A stretch of 64,000 nucleotides of DNA from Antedon mediterranea (lineage: Eukaryota; Animalia; Echinodermata). The translations under genes and the position numbers were made by a program. The stretch covers positions 40,598,388 through 40,662,387 of the forward strand of contig NC_092670.1 in assembly GCF_964355755.1 (NCBI RefSeq), given 5' to 3'. Below, piece after piece: positions 1 to 14,400 of the stretch. Numbering within the stretch: position 1 is the stretch's first letter; the number at the start of each line of letters is the position of its first letter. The notes beneath the pieces are model-generated. The model saw only the letters and a program-made list of their open reading frames with translations, searched no databases and was not told the origin of the DNA.

Positions 1-370
1 GCTAATCCCCAACTGTTCAGACACACATTCTTTTAGCGTCGTACGCTAAAACGGTCTAACGCCATGGGTCTGAACAGGGCCTGAATCATCTTTGTCAAAG
101 AAAAATTGACATAATTTTTTTTTGTTTTCAAATAAACCCATCCTTTTATCATAAATCATCTAAATCAAAATATTGGTTTGTAAGAATTATGTTTTGTAGT
201 AAAACCACAAAACCACAATTTTCATTGAAATGGAAAAAAAAAAGAATATGAGGGACTTGCATGAATGCTTGTGTTAAATAAAAGTTTGCCATTTCATTAG
301 AAAGCAGCTAACAAAATCACACACACTAAATATCATTTTAAACACTTAGGTCATTCACATTTGTACTTAC

Positions 371-3300
371 CATTATTTGATAACAGTTCATAATTCTTGG
401 GTAGCTCTAAAATGTGCTGTGGTTTAGGGACAACTGGGGTGTATTCAGGAGGCCAAAACGGTCCATCCTTAGTCATCAATACTCCATTAAAATTATCCTC
501 TTTCAACAATTCTTTCATTTTATTGTTTTTCTTCTTGTGTTCCACATAACTTTTAAATCCTTTTTTGGTATAACTATGAATAGTTTCATTTTCTGAAGGA
601 GTTTCTGTCGTTCCTGGCAAAGTTTTCATGTCTGTTGAAGATCTTGTTAATACAATTTTTGATAACGCCTCTGGCGATGATACAGGGGTGGAATTTGTCC
701 AGTTCTGTTTTTTCAAATTAACAGATGTTTCGTTCATATTAATTTCTTCATCATCAGACGTTCTCTCTGATGAACGTAAAGCGGTGCTTGTGGCAAACCT
801 ACGGTATGGTTGCCGTTTCTTTTTGTTACGTTTCTTTGATTTTTGTGCTTTTAATTCTTCTACAGAAGTGACTGACTGTGATCTATAAAATTAAAAAAAT
901 GTAAGAAATTGAAACGGTATAATAATAAACCAAATAAATGTAAATAAAATAAATCTACAATTTTTTTTATTGTTTTTTTTTGTCATTGTACCATTGTAGA
1001 GTTTGTAAATAAATGTTTTGAAATTTATTTACAATAAAATGGATACAACGCAATTTGATTGAATTGAATGAACTTACCGATTAGCTAGTTGTACTTGATG
1101 TAAACGACGTACTTTAGCTTTTTCTCTGTTGCGTCTAATTCTCTCCAGCGGTGGCGTATCTAGCGCCTCACGAACACGTTGTGCTATTTCTTGTTCAATT
1201 CGTTCTTGAATCTCCATTCGCCATGTAAGAGGCTCTGACAAAATATAAAAGTACAGTTTTTTAAATATTCTTTAACTAATTGCTATGCAAAAATTAAATG
1301 TGAATTACAAACGATTTTAGTGTTAGGTTTTTTTTAGACTGCTAACAATTTTCAGTGTAAATTTGTATCATCATGCAAGACAGTAGCCAAAACATGTTAT
1401 ATTTTTCAGATACAAAATTAGAAAGAACAACTTTAGTGTTAGGCTTTTTTTTAAAGACTGCTGACATGCAAGCCAGTAGCCAGGATTGTCACAGGAGTGG
1501 TGGTTGTCTTTTTGATAAACTATTCATTCTTCATGATAACTCTTTAAACAGGAGGTTTAACAAAATTACGTTTGTAATCATATAATAATAATAATAATAA
1601 ATAACATTTATAAAGCGCAAGAGACAAAGGTTTCAAAGCGCTGTGTTTTCCAAGATCAGTGCAAGTAGTAGCGTGCGATTATGCTTCTCTGAAGAGATGA
1701 GTTTTGAGTTTAGTTTTAAATGTGATAACAGATTTTGATGAGCGTATTTCGAGTGGTAGAGTGTTCCAGAGTTTTGGGGCTGCGACAGCGAAAGCACGAT
1801 CACCGTAAAACCGAGTTCTGGAACGGGGTCCAGGTTTTAGAAGAAGTCTGCTGGATGAACAAAGCGAAGTGAATCACTTTTAAACAAAATTTGGTACTCA
1901 TAAAATTCAGGTCATATTTCATCATATGGCAATATAATTACGTGCGTAGCGCATATAACGCATGCGTACGCGCGCTTCAAATTTTCAAAATTGTCAATTT
2001 ATTTTCGATGAAATTAGAGTATGTTTCAGGCAATTTTAAGCGTTTAAAAAATTGCCATGAGTGCGCAGATTTTTGCACGCGCACTGCGCGTTATACGTTA
2101 ATGCGCACTCTTTTTGTCCGATTTCTGTTGTACAACCTTTCTTTAATAATATCATATTTTATTCACTTTTCAACACGAAATTGCGTTATACGAGCATGTT
2201 AAAAGTGACAGGCTACGCACGTGTAAGTTAACAAAATGGTGAAAATATGCTAAATTTTAAAATTAATATAGATCGTCAGAATGCTCGGGAACACCTATTT
2301 TTTATTTCATTTTCTTGAAGTGTATGTATCTTTTGTATGATTTATTATTAAATTAAGGGAACAAAAGTTGATTAAATCATAATTAATTGCATATTAAATT
2401 GTTTTTAATTAATTTCGACAATCAAACAAATTATGACATTTTCTTGGGTCAAAATAACAAACTTAACATTAACTTTCTTCCTTCAAAAGTTCATATATTA
2501 AAGTTGAAAGTATATAATTTGACAGTGCATAATTTTTTTACATTTTTAGAGATGTCGTCATAGTAAAAAATTAGAATTCATTGCGGTATGTAATAATCTG
2601 TCTGCACCAAAGTGGTTACTGCATAGTAAATACACGGAGGAATTTTTCTACAACTTTTAGTCAGTTGTGTATGGCTCGGTGGTCTGGGCTCGTGTCTATG
2701 GCATTCAAGGTACCGAGATCGAGTCTCACCTTGGGGAAACGAAATAAGATTTTTTTTTATTATCCGTGTTGTTTGTTTCTTAGTGTATAGATTATACACA
2801 TGATTTATAATGAAATCTAGATAAAAAGTAACTTATGTCTTTATTATTATGTAATATAATATATTATAACAAATGTGGTTTATGACATTATACGCAGAGG
2901 GATTTTTGATCGGATTGTGATACCGGCTATTGTATTCGCGTTAGCAAGGTCCTATCATATATTATAAATAATTAAAGATTCTGAGAAAATCATTCAATCA
3001 AAATATCTTTTAAAAATCAATTATCTTTATTTAAATCAATGCATATAACCTATAATTCGTCATACGGACGAATTAAATCTAGTTTCACTTTAGTTTTTGA
3101 CCGGGATCAAACATTTGTATATAATTTTTTAATTTTTTTGGACTGAGATTGACTGATACTGTATACAAACATCTAAAGCAATTAAGTAATATACTTGACA
3201 CAAGAATTTACAAAGTAATGATGTTGAAAGGCAAAATCAATTACAGTAAATCTATTACAATATGTTAGAGATTTAAAGGCTTTAACATCCAAACAATAAA

Positions 3301-4140
3301 TATCAATTAAACATCATTTATCATCTATGTGCATTAGTTTATAAGTCCAAAATGTTAAGGGAATTTTGATGTTGATAAAACAAAACATCACACAATTATG
3401 TCAGCCAAAAAACAATATAAATGTCGTAATGTCTGTTTGTGTATAAATCATTCACTAAGCCCAACAGATTTTACTTTGATTTCTTCAATTTTGGCATGGA
3501 AACAAAAATTACAAAGTTCAACAGAAAATAAAACAAAATGCCGAGGATTTTCAATGGAAACCTAATCACTGTAGGTAGAGACATAGAAAGCTGTACATTA
3601 TACTGTAATATGGTTAAAGTGGCACTATGCATATGACAAGTTCTATGTTAACCACTGTGTGCAAGTCCAGTAAAAACAATTGTAAAAAGGGAAAAAAAGT
3701 TGTTAAAATGATAAATAAAAATGATACATTGAAATAATCAGATGCATAGTACCTTTGTTCTTCATCACTTTATCTTGCTTAGCTGCTGATAATTTGGATA
3801 TCTCGTCCAGCATTGATTTTCTTTCTCTTGTGAATATCCAACCATTACTGTGCTGCCTTCCTGCATCCCTGTCATCATGATTGCAACCATTAATGAGCTG
3901 CTTCCTTTCATCCCTGTCATTGTTATTGTGTACATTACTGCGTTGTGTCCCTTTACCATGGTCATCATTGTTGCGAATATTACTGTGCTGTTTCTCCTCA
4001 TTGCAGTTTTCATGGCTAAAACCATTACTGCTCTGTGTCCCCTCATCTCTGTCATCATGACTGTAACCATTTTCCTCATCAGCATCAAGAGTGCTTGCAA
4101 TCTCTAGCGCTGATGTGTCCATCGTACTTGTACACTCCAT
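371..4140 (-). CDS. 5' part of an unidentified multi-exon gene, continuing beyond the window start; weak hint of a cytosolic carboxypeptidase 2/3-like N-terminus
   Basis: Exons 4140-3753 (ATG, MECTSTM...KVMKNK), 1234-1078 (EPLTWRMEIQERIEQEIAQRVREALD...) and 882-371 (SQSVTS...KDGPFWPPEYTPVVPKPQHILELP...) have GT/AG ends and phases 1 and 2 that join into one frame; GTAAGT donor at 370. The product guess rests only on my recollection of a P.WP.E......K..HI motif in AGBL2/3. Confidence 0.7.
1583..1860 (-). mobile_element. 3' end of an L2/CR1-group LINE
   Basis: Minus strand translates ...RSRTRFYGDRAFAVAAPKLWNTLPLEIRSSKSVITFKTKLKTHLFREA*, the typical L2/CR1 ORF2 C-terminus, followed by a short 3' UTR and a (TTA)n tail at 1583-1603. 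Confidence 0.85.
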
Positions 4141-4555
4141 CAATCAACACACAAGTATGTTACATTGTGAGGAGCAACACTTAGTACAGCTTTGCCTTGC
4201 GTCATACATCACTAGTTTCTTTTATTGATTTCTTGAGGATGAAAGCGTAAAACCTAAATAATCCACAAAAATAACTTTTCTGAATATTCAAATTAATAAT
4301 TGTTTATACGATTCAAGGCATAACATTTTAATTTACATTATTCAAAATTATCCCCAAGACGGGAAAAAACTAAAAATATTTATAAATTAATCATATTGAC
4401 AAAAGAAAAAGATATGTATATATAGAATCAAGATGTATATATAGAATCAAGATGTATAAATAAGTTGCTATAATTCAAAAATTCCTTCAAATTAATTATA
4501 TAGTAATGTTTTTATAACATATATTCATCAATTCATATAATCTAAAAATCTATAG

Positions 4556-4666
4556 CTACACTATCAAACTAGTATTTGACAAAAAAAGTGTGATATGACA
4601 TCATCATGTCCATATATGGGCACATCACATTTTTGTCACATAAAGTTTGATAGTGTAGACAGAGCT
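4556..4666. mobile_element. MITE family A copy (left end eroded)
   Basis: CTACACTATCAAACT ... AGTTTGATAGTGTAGACAGAGCT inverted termini; same internal sequence as the other family A copies. Confidence 0.75.
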
Positions 4667-5084
4667 TTAAAACAATAATGAACTAGAAAATGACCTGTAC
4701 ATTACTAGTTTTTACACATGTAGAATCTCTGTAAACAGCAACAGTACAGAAATGCCAATTACTATTAATAATGGCAATTTCCTTTTAAGCATTCAACAAT
4801 AACATAATGATTGTAATTAAGTGTTTCCGTTAAGAATGTCATCCAATCCATTAACCTCTTCCACTACATCACATTACCATGGAAACAATGTTAATATTAT
4901 TGTTCAACCCGCAATACATTTAAAATGACAAATTTAATATACAATTGACAGGTTGATTAATATGAACATCTGCGAAATCTCCAAAAGATTAAACAGACTA
5001 TCATTTAAAAAACCAAACAATATGAAAAATGTTAAGAACATTTAAAGGGTTTTAAGTTTATAAGAACTTTCTGGCATTAACTAA

Positions 5085-5247
5085 AGCTCATTCTACACTA
5101 TCGAACTAGTTTGACAACAAAACTGAAATGTGCCCAAATATGTAGTGATTATGTCCAAATATGGTAGTGATATGACATCATCATGTCCATATATGGGCAC
5201 GTCACATTTTGTTGTTACATATTAAGTTTGCTAGTGTAGACAGAGCT
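5085..5247. mobile_element. MITE family A copy
   Basis: AGCTC..TCTACACTATC / AGTGTAGACAGAGCT TIRs with internal ~21-bp AAATATGGTAGTGATATG subrepeats. Confidence 0.8.
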
Positions 5248-8200
5248 TTTAAAGTGTGTCGTCTGGGTGTCTATGAAATAAGTAAAACATTATCTTGTCA
5301 TTGTAATATAGGATTATCACCTTATCCACTTTATGGAATCAACCGTAATCCTGTTGTCATAAAAATGTATTAATTGTCCCTCACAAATCTGATAAATGTA
5401 TTATGCATTTTCTAAAAAATGCTCTATAACCATAATATAATTCTTAAGCTTGAACCATTCACGAATATGTACCTGTGCAACGTTTCGACTTGTTTTCAAC
5501 AAATCTTCCTCTGGCGGCAATGACTAGATGTTAGTGGTTGCTAGGAGTATAGTAGCTTTGCTAGTTGTAGAGCAGCCCCCTAGTAACCTTGGTTTGCGAT
5601 TTGCCTTAGTTCTTCTGCACATGTACAGTACGTATTCATGAATGGTTTAAGCATAAGAATTATAATAATATACAGATAGTTAATATAAAGACAGATGAAA
5701 ACATTTTTCCAAAAAAAACTATAATACTGTCGTCAAACAAAAGTTCAAAAATCATTTTTCTTGACTACTTTTGTTTTACACTACAAATAACTTTCAAATC
5801 TTTTGATTTGCTTCATACACGTCATTTGAATTTAAAACAATTAAAAACTTTTACATCATCAAACAAATTGCACAAAATCTTTCCTGTTTGAAAGATCTCA
5901 TCCAAAACCCTTACCAAAGCCAAGACAACAAGAGACTATTAAGCTTTAAAAAGAAACAACTACAAACTGTTCCACATCCATCAAACAAATTGTGAGTATT
6001 GTAAACTTTACCAAAACAACAATATCTTGTTTCCAAGACCAAAAGACCACATGAATAACATACCATTACAATTATACAACAACGATTTATTACAGTTACA
6101 GACAAATTGAAACTCGACTCGGAGTTGGTTTTCTGAGAGCTAGATCTATTTCTCTATGAAAACTAAGAATACATAAATAAGTTTCCATTAAGTTGAATTA
6201 TATCACGAACAAATACAACTTAAAGAGGTGGACCTTATTACAAAAAAAATGTATTGTGGTTTATCAAAAAATATTTTATTTAAAAAAACAGAAAATACTA
6301 TACACAAATATAAAAATAGTATACACATTTATCTAGCAAAATTGCACACAAACATCCAATATAAGATTCATTTAAAAAATTAAAATTTATGAGAAAAATG
6401 AGTACAAATAATAGTTGAAACTTGAGTTGATTCTAAATTCCACATTGAATGTATTTATTGCATTCACGCAATTTACATGGCAACCAAGCTAGTAACCAGT
6501 GGGTTTGTAGGGTTCTAAAGAATTCCCCCTTTTTGCTTTTGTGCCATTTTCAAAGCAGTAACTAAAAGACGAAGTGATGGTAAATAGGGCTAACTAGCTC
6601 ATGGCAATTTTGTCCTTTTTTGTAAAGAAATAACACAGGCTAAAATTAACATAACTGAAACCTTACCTGACTACCAAAGTGAACTGTATTTTGAGAGATT
6701 GACTAAAATTACATGTTAATGATTACCAAGTAGCTTACCTTAAATCAACAAGTGTGTTGGTAACTAAGAACACGACACACTCTGTCTTAAGTAACATCCA
6801 CACCAACCTAACACCGCACTGAAGAGCTAGATTTCTTAACGTCACAATACCTCTCAGAAGACAAATCTTATATGATAGCGTCCATTTTCAAAGGATGTTG
6901 AGAACAATACACGTACCCAGGTAACATTGTGAAACGCTAGAGGTTCTTACACAATGGTAAAGGATTAATCGATACTATTAAATGGCAATAGAATACGAGT
7001 TGACTATGTCTTATACGTGCCTTTATACAAACAATGATAAAAGGCTAGAAGTCAGGACAAGAGACGGATTACATTTGAACAACAAAGTCAACAATACCAC
7101 TTGAATGGCACAACTAAAGATCATTCATTCAAAATTCTAGGCTGAAGATGACTTAATTGAATAATCAAACGAAAAGGAAATATTTATCGATTTAAAAGTT
7201 TGCCATCATTTAAGTTTATAATCTTTTATTTCAAAATACCATTAAAACAAGTATTTCCTTTTAAGTACAGGTTTACCAATTATCATCAATCATTTAAAGA
7301 AGTGCTTAAGTTAGTTAATAAGTGCTTAACTGATAAAAATTTTTTTTAAATCAAATTTGATTCCAATAATTGTATACTTTTACCCATTTTTGTTTATCTT
7401 ATAGAATGGACTTTGATATAAAAAATATGGTTATTTTTAAAACTGACCTATTTAATGTTATATCTTAGGGTGGGTCAAAATGACAGTCTTTCTGACTTAC
7501 ATGACTCCCATACCACCTCCCCCGCCCCCCTCACATGACTACTAAATTCTAAATTGAAAAAAAGTTAAGGTGATCAATCTTATCACTTGTGTAATACTAA
7601 TAATAATTAACTTATTTGCCATGTGTTGTTCACCCATAATAATTCATTTAACTTAGTGAATATGGATGCCTGTTTATTGGCATATAATTATTCTTATGTT
7701 CTTTTTGTATCTTTTATCGTTTTTACAAGCGAAGCAGAACAAATTTAACTGTTTCTTTAGGGTTTAGTGAATGACTCCAAGTCAACAGTTAACTGTTTCT
7801 TTAGGGTAAGTGAATGCAAAGATTAAGGGACAATGGTGCTCGCCAGACATCAAGACAATGGTTTTTGCTCATCCGAGCTGGTTTGTGGCTCCAGGCTAAT
7901 CAATTGTAAGTCACTAAATTGATTCAATTATTTGTTCAAGCTTATGTAGGGACCTTGAAAGACTAGTATGTGGTATTGTTTATTGATATATTTATTGAAT
8001 ATGTGACCAAAAGATGGTCCTGAAGTGGCCAGCATAATATTCTTTCAGCATATACTTTTTTTAATTTCCATTGCAAAGAAATAAATGAATGACATTCTGA
8101 AAAAAAAAATTCTCAAAATGAATTCAACTTCTTTCAGAATCACATCCTCCTTGCCTCGTCAGTCAAGTCTAAAATAACACAAACAATTAAGACTAACTTT

Positions 8201-10458
8201 TTTGACTAAAAAAAATGCATTATTTATAAACCCTCAGCTAGCAGCTGACATAAACTGCTTAAAAAGTATTTATTATTAGGCAACAGAGTTAGTAAATAAA
8301 ACGTTTACAATGTCACCGTTCTCTAGGGCGGTATTCTTCTTCTAGGCTAGGCCCGTTCCCAGAATACATTGATAAACCATATCATAGTGACCCATTATCC
8401 ATGTTGCCCCGAGTGGTGGTAGTGGTGGTGTTCCCTAAAACAAATTCCCAGGCAGGCTGGGCAGGCTAGCCCAAGAATCGTGACATGATGAATGTGATTC
8501 AAATGTAACATTAAATGCCAACTACATGTATCTGAATAAGTTTAAAAACTTTATATGCATTTAAATAGTTTACACTTACCTACCAAGGCGAAATTTAAGA
8601 AGGCATGATTTAATAATACTTAAAACTCCAAGGATGCAGTTTGGTGGTTCCCACAATTTCTTCCTCTGCTGTTAACGCCCTCTCTCAAACTTGCTTAGTC
8701 TGAACGTCTCGTACTAACCACCACCACTTGTTGATCGATCATTGAATTAAAGAAACCCCGTTCCCTTCTTTCTCGTGGACCAAAACATTAATTGTTTCAT
8801 ACTCATTCAAAAAATGACTTAAAAAAAAAAAAAAATAAGCCCACAAGTTTCATCAATAATACTATCGTCATTTTAATATTAGGGCTTATATTTGTGAAGA
8901 AAAATGTTCGTCGCAACATGTCTCTCTAGTTCCGTCCCCGCGTATTACAAATTGAAAGACATTGAATATTGAAAATTCCAAAGTCAAGTAAAGTATTTTA
9001 TTATTTGACGCTGACAAATTATGTAGACACAATTACTTATTATATCAAAAAGTTTTATTAAAAATAATTAAGGTATCATATATAAGTTATGTACTGATGG
9101 TCGATATGTGACAAGGTCTATATTGAAACAATTGGTTTTTTTTAACTTGCATTCAATTATTACCTAACCTTCACAATAATTATTTAATCAACGTTTCTGG
9201 TATCAAGGTGTCCCACGACATGTTTTTGTTAAAATTAAACAGTATCCTAAATATACATCTAAGCATACCGAGCTCTTAAAGTACCCCTCTCGACTTATTT
9301 TAAATATTTGTGTTAATTTTAATTATGCCTAAGTTCCAGTGGCTGTATTATTTTAAATATTTGTGTTAATTTTAATTATGCCTAAGTTCCAGTGGCTGTA
9401 TTATCCATTCACACTTGGCTAAGGAAAACACCCTTAAAGTTAAAACAAATCTCCTATCCAAGTGAATACAATTTAAGGGAACTTAAATAGTTAGTGAGTT
9501 AAGTGTAATATGTCACTTAGGTGTGATTGATAAATACGGCCACACAGTACTGAAACTGCATTTTGCTTATTATCTATGTATTCTTGCAATCTATTTCATA
9601 TGATATGCGACACACAAAATGCTCAATTAAGTCTGTACCAATTGTCCGTGGTAATACGGATGCTTAGCATCTACCCATCGACGATACTTAGCACCGACAG
9701 ATCGACGATGAAAATTTGAGTTATAATCATTTCATTATTATAAAAACTAATGTTGCAAATCTAAAAATATAACTAAACTTTGTTTTGTCATTTTTATGTC
9801 TATTTTCTTTCTTTTTACAATAATTTACATCGCATTCAACTTGAATTAAAATTGAATTATGTTTTATATACATTAAAGCTATATATAAAATAATATTATA
9901 AAATATGCTTATAATAACGGAAGTTGAGTGACCTGTACGCGTTTTCTTATAACTTGTCAACTAACATAAAACATATTTTATGGCGTTTATGTAATAATTG
10001 CATAATCATTCGTTGTCATGGGAACACACCACTTGAGACCAAATACATGAGAAACCGCGTCACCTGTCCAAGAATATCGTGAGAATAAATTACCCTTTCG
10101 TTTCGTTCGACCAACATAATAAAGTTATTATCGTATTCCTGTATTCCGTCAAAAGATGTGGTTTGTATATCAACGGGGGTACATCTCTACGGTATATCTG
10201 TGTTCTAGGCCTATGCTTGTAAAGGGCCATTAATCCATGAGTTCTATAGAGAATTCATTAGGCTATTCCTTTGCATAATTTTCCGTGACAAACATTAAAA
10301 TCACATTATTGCATATGTTAAAGTTTTTTTTAAATTTCGTCAAAATTGTTAATGACAAGTTCCACTTGAACGCGTTTTTGCAAACATCGATACTCGTCAT
10401 GGCCTAAATACTGTATACTAGGTTCTTATTGGTTGTATCCGTATTTTTCAGTTTTAGG

Positions 10459-11487
10459 TCACATGAGCGAAAACCTGCGTGCGCGTAAGTTCATACGCGT
10501 CACACCGAGTGTCTTAAGCGGTCGTTCATGATCCATTTCACAAAAGTTTGGCGGTCTGTCCGTTGTGGCTAAATCATTGTAATCGCTGGCTGTCTCATCT
10601 TCGTCAACGATCGACAAGCGCACATCCTCTATGATTTCTTTATGTTCATTGCAACTCATTTGGAGTCGCATTTCGTTGATTTCGGCGCGAAGACTTAGTA
10701 ACGTCTGGGCTAACGTCTGATCCTGTTGTCTCATTAACATCTGTTGAAAATAAATTAATAAAATTAAATATTTCATTATTATTTATTTAATCTATATCAT
10801 GCTATAGTTATAAGCGAGCTGATAGTTGATAGTAAAGATGTGCTATTAAGTCTGTACTCAGCATTTCTTCTTAATGAGAAGCGCAATGACGTACGTACAC
10901 GCAACGTACTTATTTGACCAATCAGACGCAATCTACCATAACTGTCGATTGTGATTGGTCAAATGCTAATTGCCTTTTATTTTGCCGTTTTTGCGTTGCG
11001 CCTAGTGTGAACAACGAAAACTATAATATACAATGGAACGGGCAGCTATGTACTCAGCAAATGATAGAATAACTAGTGGCCCTAGATAGAATAGATAAAA
11101 AGGTTTACAAGCCGATAACGATAACGATTTACGTACCAATTCACTTTTAAGCCACGATATTCCCTCTTCCACTTCTCGTTTCCTCTCTCCATACGCTTTT
11201 GTTTCTTTCCTGTTTTCACAATTTTTATCATAACTAGCAAGCGCTGGCTTTTTCAAGTCCTCAAGCCACTTCATATATGATGGTCTTCTAGTTGCTAGAT
11301 TTAATTTCTTTGCTACAAATTTCAGCCGAGTCATTTCGCTCTCCCTATCTTCGTGTATGACCTCCAAGATATCACTAGTTGATAACTTTTTAACGGTTGG
11401 TGATCGAGGCGAATCAAAGTCTTTCGCATATTCGTGAATTTGGATTTTTATTGGTGACGTAACTTCCATATTATCACCATCAGGCAT
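10459..11487 (-). CDS. FAM167A: FAM167-family (DUF3259) protein, copy 1, intact, 210 aa
   Basis: Exons 11487-11137 and 10740-10459 (phase-0 GT-AG intron). Motifs KLNLATRRPSYMKW, WLKSEL-MLMRQQDQTLAQTLLSLRAEINEMR and PLKTLGVTRMNLRARRFSLM match FAM167A/B. 5' UTR acceptor at 11554-11555. A versus B cannot be resolved in an invertebrate. Confidence 0.9.
10872..11003. mobile_element. Palindromic MITE-like family B (ACGCAACG...TTGACCAATCA...TGATTGGTCAA...TTGCGT)
   Basis: Inverted CCAATCA/TGATTGG core with ACGCAA flanks. Related copies at ~13733-13785, 15058-15330, 16935-17025, 18620-18745, 19270-19405, 29340-29475 and 43790-43922. Confidence 0.6.
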
Positions 11488-14400
11488 TGTGCTATAATTG
11501 GTAGAGTTTAAATTTAAGAATAAGTTTCAACTTATTTCACCCTGACAACAAACCTGTAAAATAAAACGGACAAAGCATTAAGAACACCATGACGTCATAT
11601 TGCGTTTAAGTACATACAGAGTGTTGCAACAGAATGATGATCAAAACAGATACGAGCGCGCATCAATTATTATTATTACTACTGTTTCTTTTCTCGTTTG
11701 TTAGAGACACTGCAATTAATCTGCTATACGCGATTGTATCTGGATCATAGACTTATGGCCATGGTCTTTCAAATGTATGGGTACATGTAATGTATGGCCC
11801 ATGGTAGGATATAATAGCCCTACTCGTGGAATTACAGGACAAGCACTTTAATCACCTAAATGGGTACTACATCAAGTATAGTAGTCACGTCCTGGTGGTG
11901 TGTTGGCAACCCACACACGCGCGCTGCATGTTGCCAACTGTTACTGTACTTAATAATGTTCAAGTTCCTGTTTAAGGTTTATATAATTCACCCTGGGCTA
12001 ACTATCAAGTCATAGACACGTTGAAGATTCCCAGCAAAAATCGATTTTTATTGTTACAAATACAAACTATATCAACATACGTAACTAGTCACTTTATAAT
12101 TAATATTGATTTATAATCAATTATTCTGTTTGCTCACGACTTCACTGTAACGTATTCTACAGTTTACTCGTTCTTATTTCTGTCTGGATTTAAGTACCGT
12201 ATCATCTAATTAATATTGATTAGGATTGCTTTAATTAATTGTTAGTGTAAACATGTAATAAAATAATAACGGCTATAGAATTGGTTATTCAATAAGTTAG
12301 TGCATTGCGGTATCCAAGGCCAGAATATGGAGAGGCGTACTATACTTTGAGATTAATATGTAGGCTTAAGCATCGCTTATGCGGTTATATAGTCAGTTTG
12401 TCGGTACGTCCGTGCGATCCTTTATTTACAATAGTTCTACCTAGACTTCGGCCTAGAGTCAGTTTGTCGGTACGTGCGATCCTTTATTTACAATAGTTCT
12501 ACCTAGACTTCGGCCTAGTATCATGATCTCTAATAAATTGTACTTACTATTTTAAAATTAAAATCCCTTCTTGTTGTTGAGATCAACGGTCATACAAAAG
12601 GCACATTTAAGGTTGTGATGGTTGACATAGGTAAATATTCGTTTGGTTTTGTCGAGCCTGGCCTTTTCAACTGTAAGATAAAAAAATAGTTTGAGCAAAC
12701 ATACCGAGGCCTATGTTTTAACCATTCAATACACACGATGTAGGCCTGTACGTTACAAGTGGGCGTTCACAACGAAACAACTTCTCTTACATAAAGGAGG
12801 AAACATTCAACAACGATAGGGCCAAGTAGTTCTATCTGAGCTGATCGTCTGAACGGTCTGCGCAAACGCATTGAAACTAAACGCGCGCGTATACTTCGTG
12901 CGTAAACACTACTGTTGATATGGCAACCAAACCAGACGACGAAATCGTGCTCCTAAACGCAACCATGCGCTTACCGTTATACTTAGCGACGTACACGTCG
13001 TATAAAAGTCAAACGGATTGGTAAGAAATTCTTTCAAAAAATTACAACCAAATAACAACTTGAAGGTTTGGTACAATAAAACACGATAAAAAGTTCTTTT
13101 TTAAAATTCCACTGATCAGCCTCAGAGCTATGTCACGTACGTCTTACCTCAATAGTATGCCACAGTCGTATGGTTTGATTATCGCTACTAACCCTTTATT
13201 ATAGTACAGCAGTGTTATGCTAGGTATTATATAATTGTTGTTCCGTGAAGTCCAAACTTCCGTAATTACTGACGCGTTCATTCAAAAGTATTGCGTTAAA
13301 TTCCAAAAAAAGAACACAGGAGGATTGGTAGAGGCTCAGTCTTCTCTCTCTCTCACACAATAATATGGTAATCCTATGTTTGGAACCACGCGAGGGATAA
13401 GGCTTTAGTTTTTGTATTGTTTCTGTTGCCAAAAATGCATTGTAATGGTTAATATGATTATTATAGTAGAGTACAGTTATGCAGTACAGAGTACAGGACT
13501 GTACCATTTTTATTTAATTTTTATACATGGTTAGAGTAAAATGAATAAATATAATTCAACGATTTTATTACTATGTTATAGAAAATTATTTACGCTTTAA
13601 CAACTTGTATACGGTGGTCTTTGTAATCGAAACAAGATATAAAATAGACGAAAATATCGATGAATGTACTACATACAATAGTGGGCATTCCAGGGACTGC
13701 TGGATCAGTGCAGTGCGATGTATTAATAGAAATAAGGCTTGGTTTCCACTACGACGCAGCGCAATTACGTACGCGCAACGCAGGAAGTGAGTTGTTCACA
13801 ATCACAAGCGACAGTTCAGATGGTCCTCCTCCTTCTTGCGTTCGTCCAAGTGAGAACCAATTTTAAAGCAGGTAGTCTAAGCCAATAGAAATGATAAAGT
13901 AAAATTCATGCGAAATAACCTCACGAATATTTCACATTGATCACATCTATCTTTGACTACATTAATTTTAAATACAATACAAGCAGTCGACTAAAATATA
14001 TGAAACAAGTGTGACGTACACATAACATCTACATACGTTTGACGTTATTATACTTTAACTATAGGCTCTCATCGTCCAAAGTGAACCAGCATACGTTACT
14101 ACTGCCCCCTGATTCACTCGCCTCAGTAAAAGCGCAACCCTCCACAATGTGACGTGAGACATAACGTGTTTCAGGTGTTCAGAAAAGAGAAATCGACAAC
14201 TTTTTTTATAAAAGGGTTGTACGGTATTGATTGGTATTGATTGATGACATCGGTGGCGTATCACCTGTTGTGATGATGGGATATGAAAATCAAAGCGTAA
14301 AGCAATAAATTACCTTCAAATTATGCTCTTATATTGTATGTATTTGAGGTTTAATATTATGAAGCCTTTTGTTAAAGAAACATTCGTCATGAGACGCAAA

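Noticed and set aside
1891-2560. CpG-rich patch with short inverted motifs, possibly a DNA transposon remnant (similar patches at ~17860-17980 and ~18748-18900)
   Set aside because: I could not define paired termini or a TSD, so it is not called as a feature.
3765-4107. Alternative-frame and antisense ORFs over the repeat exon
   Set aside because: Only the MECTSTM frame splices in phase with the downstream exons; the others are open because of the 45-bp periodicity.
9295-9403. Two-copy local duplications (53 bp here; similar doublets at ~12391-12518, ~44126-44200 and ~52755-52826)
   Set aside because: Ordinary slippage doublets with no further structure.
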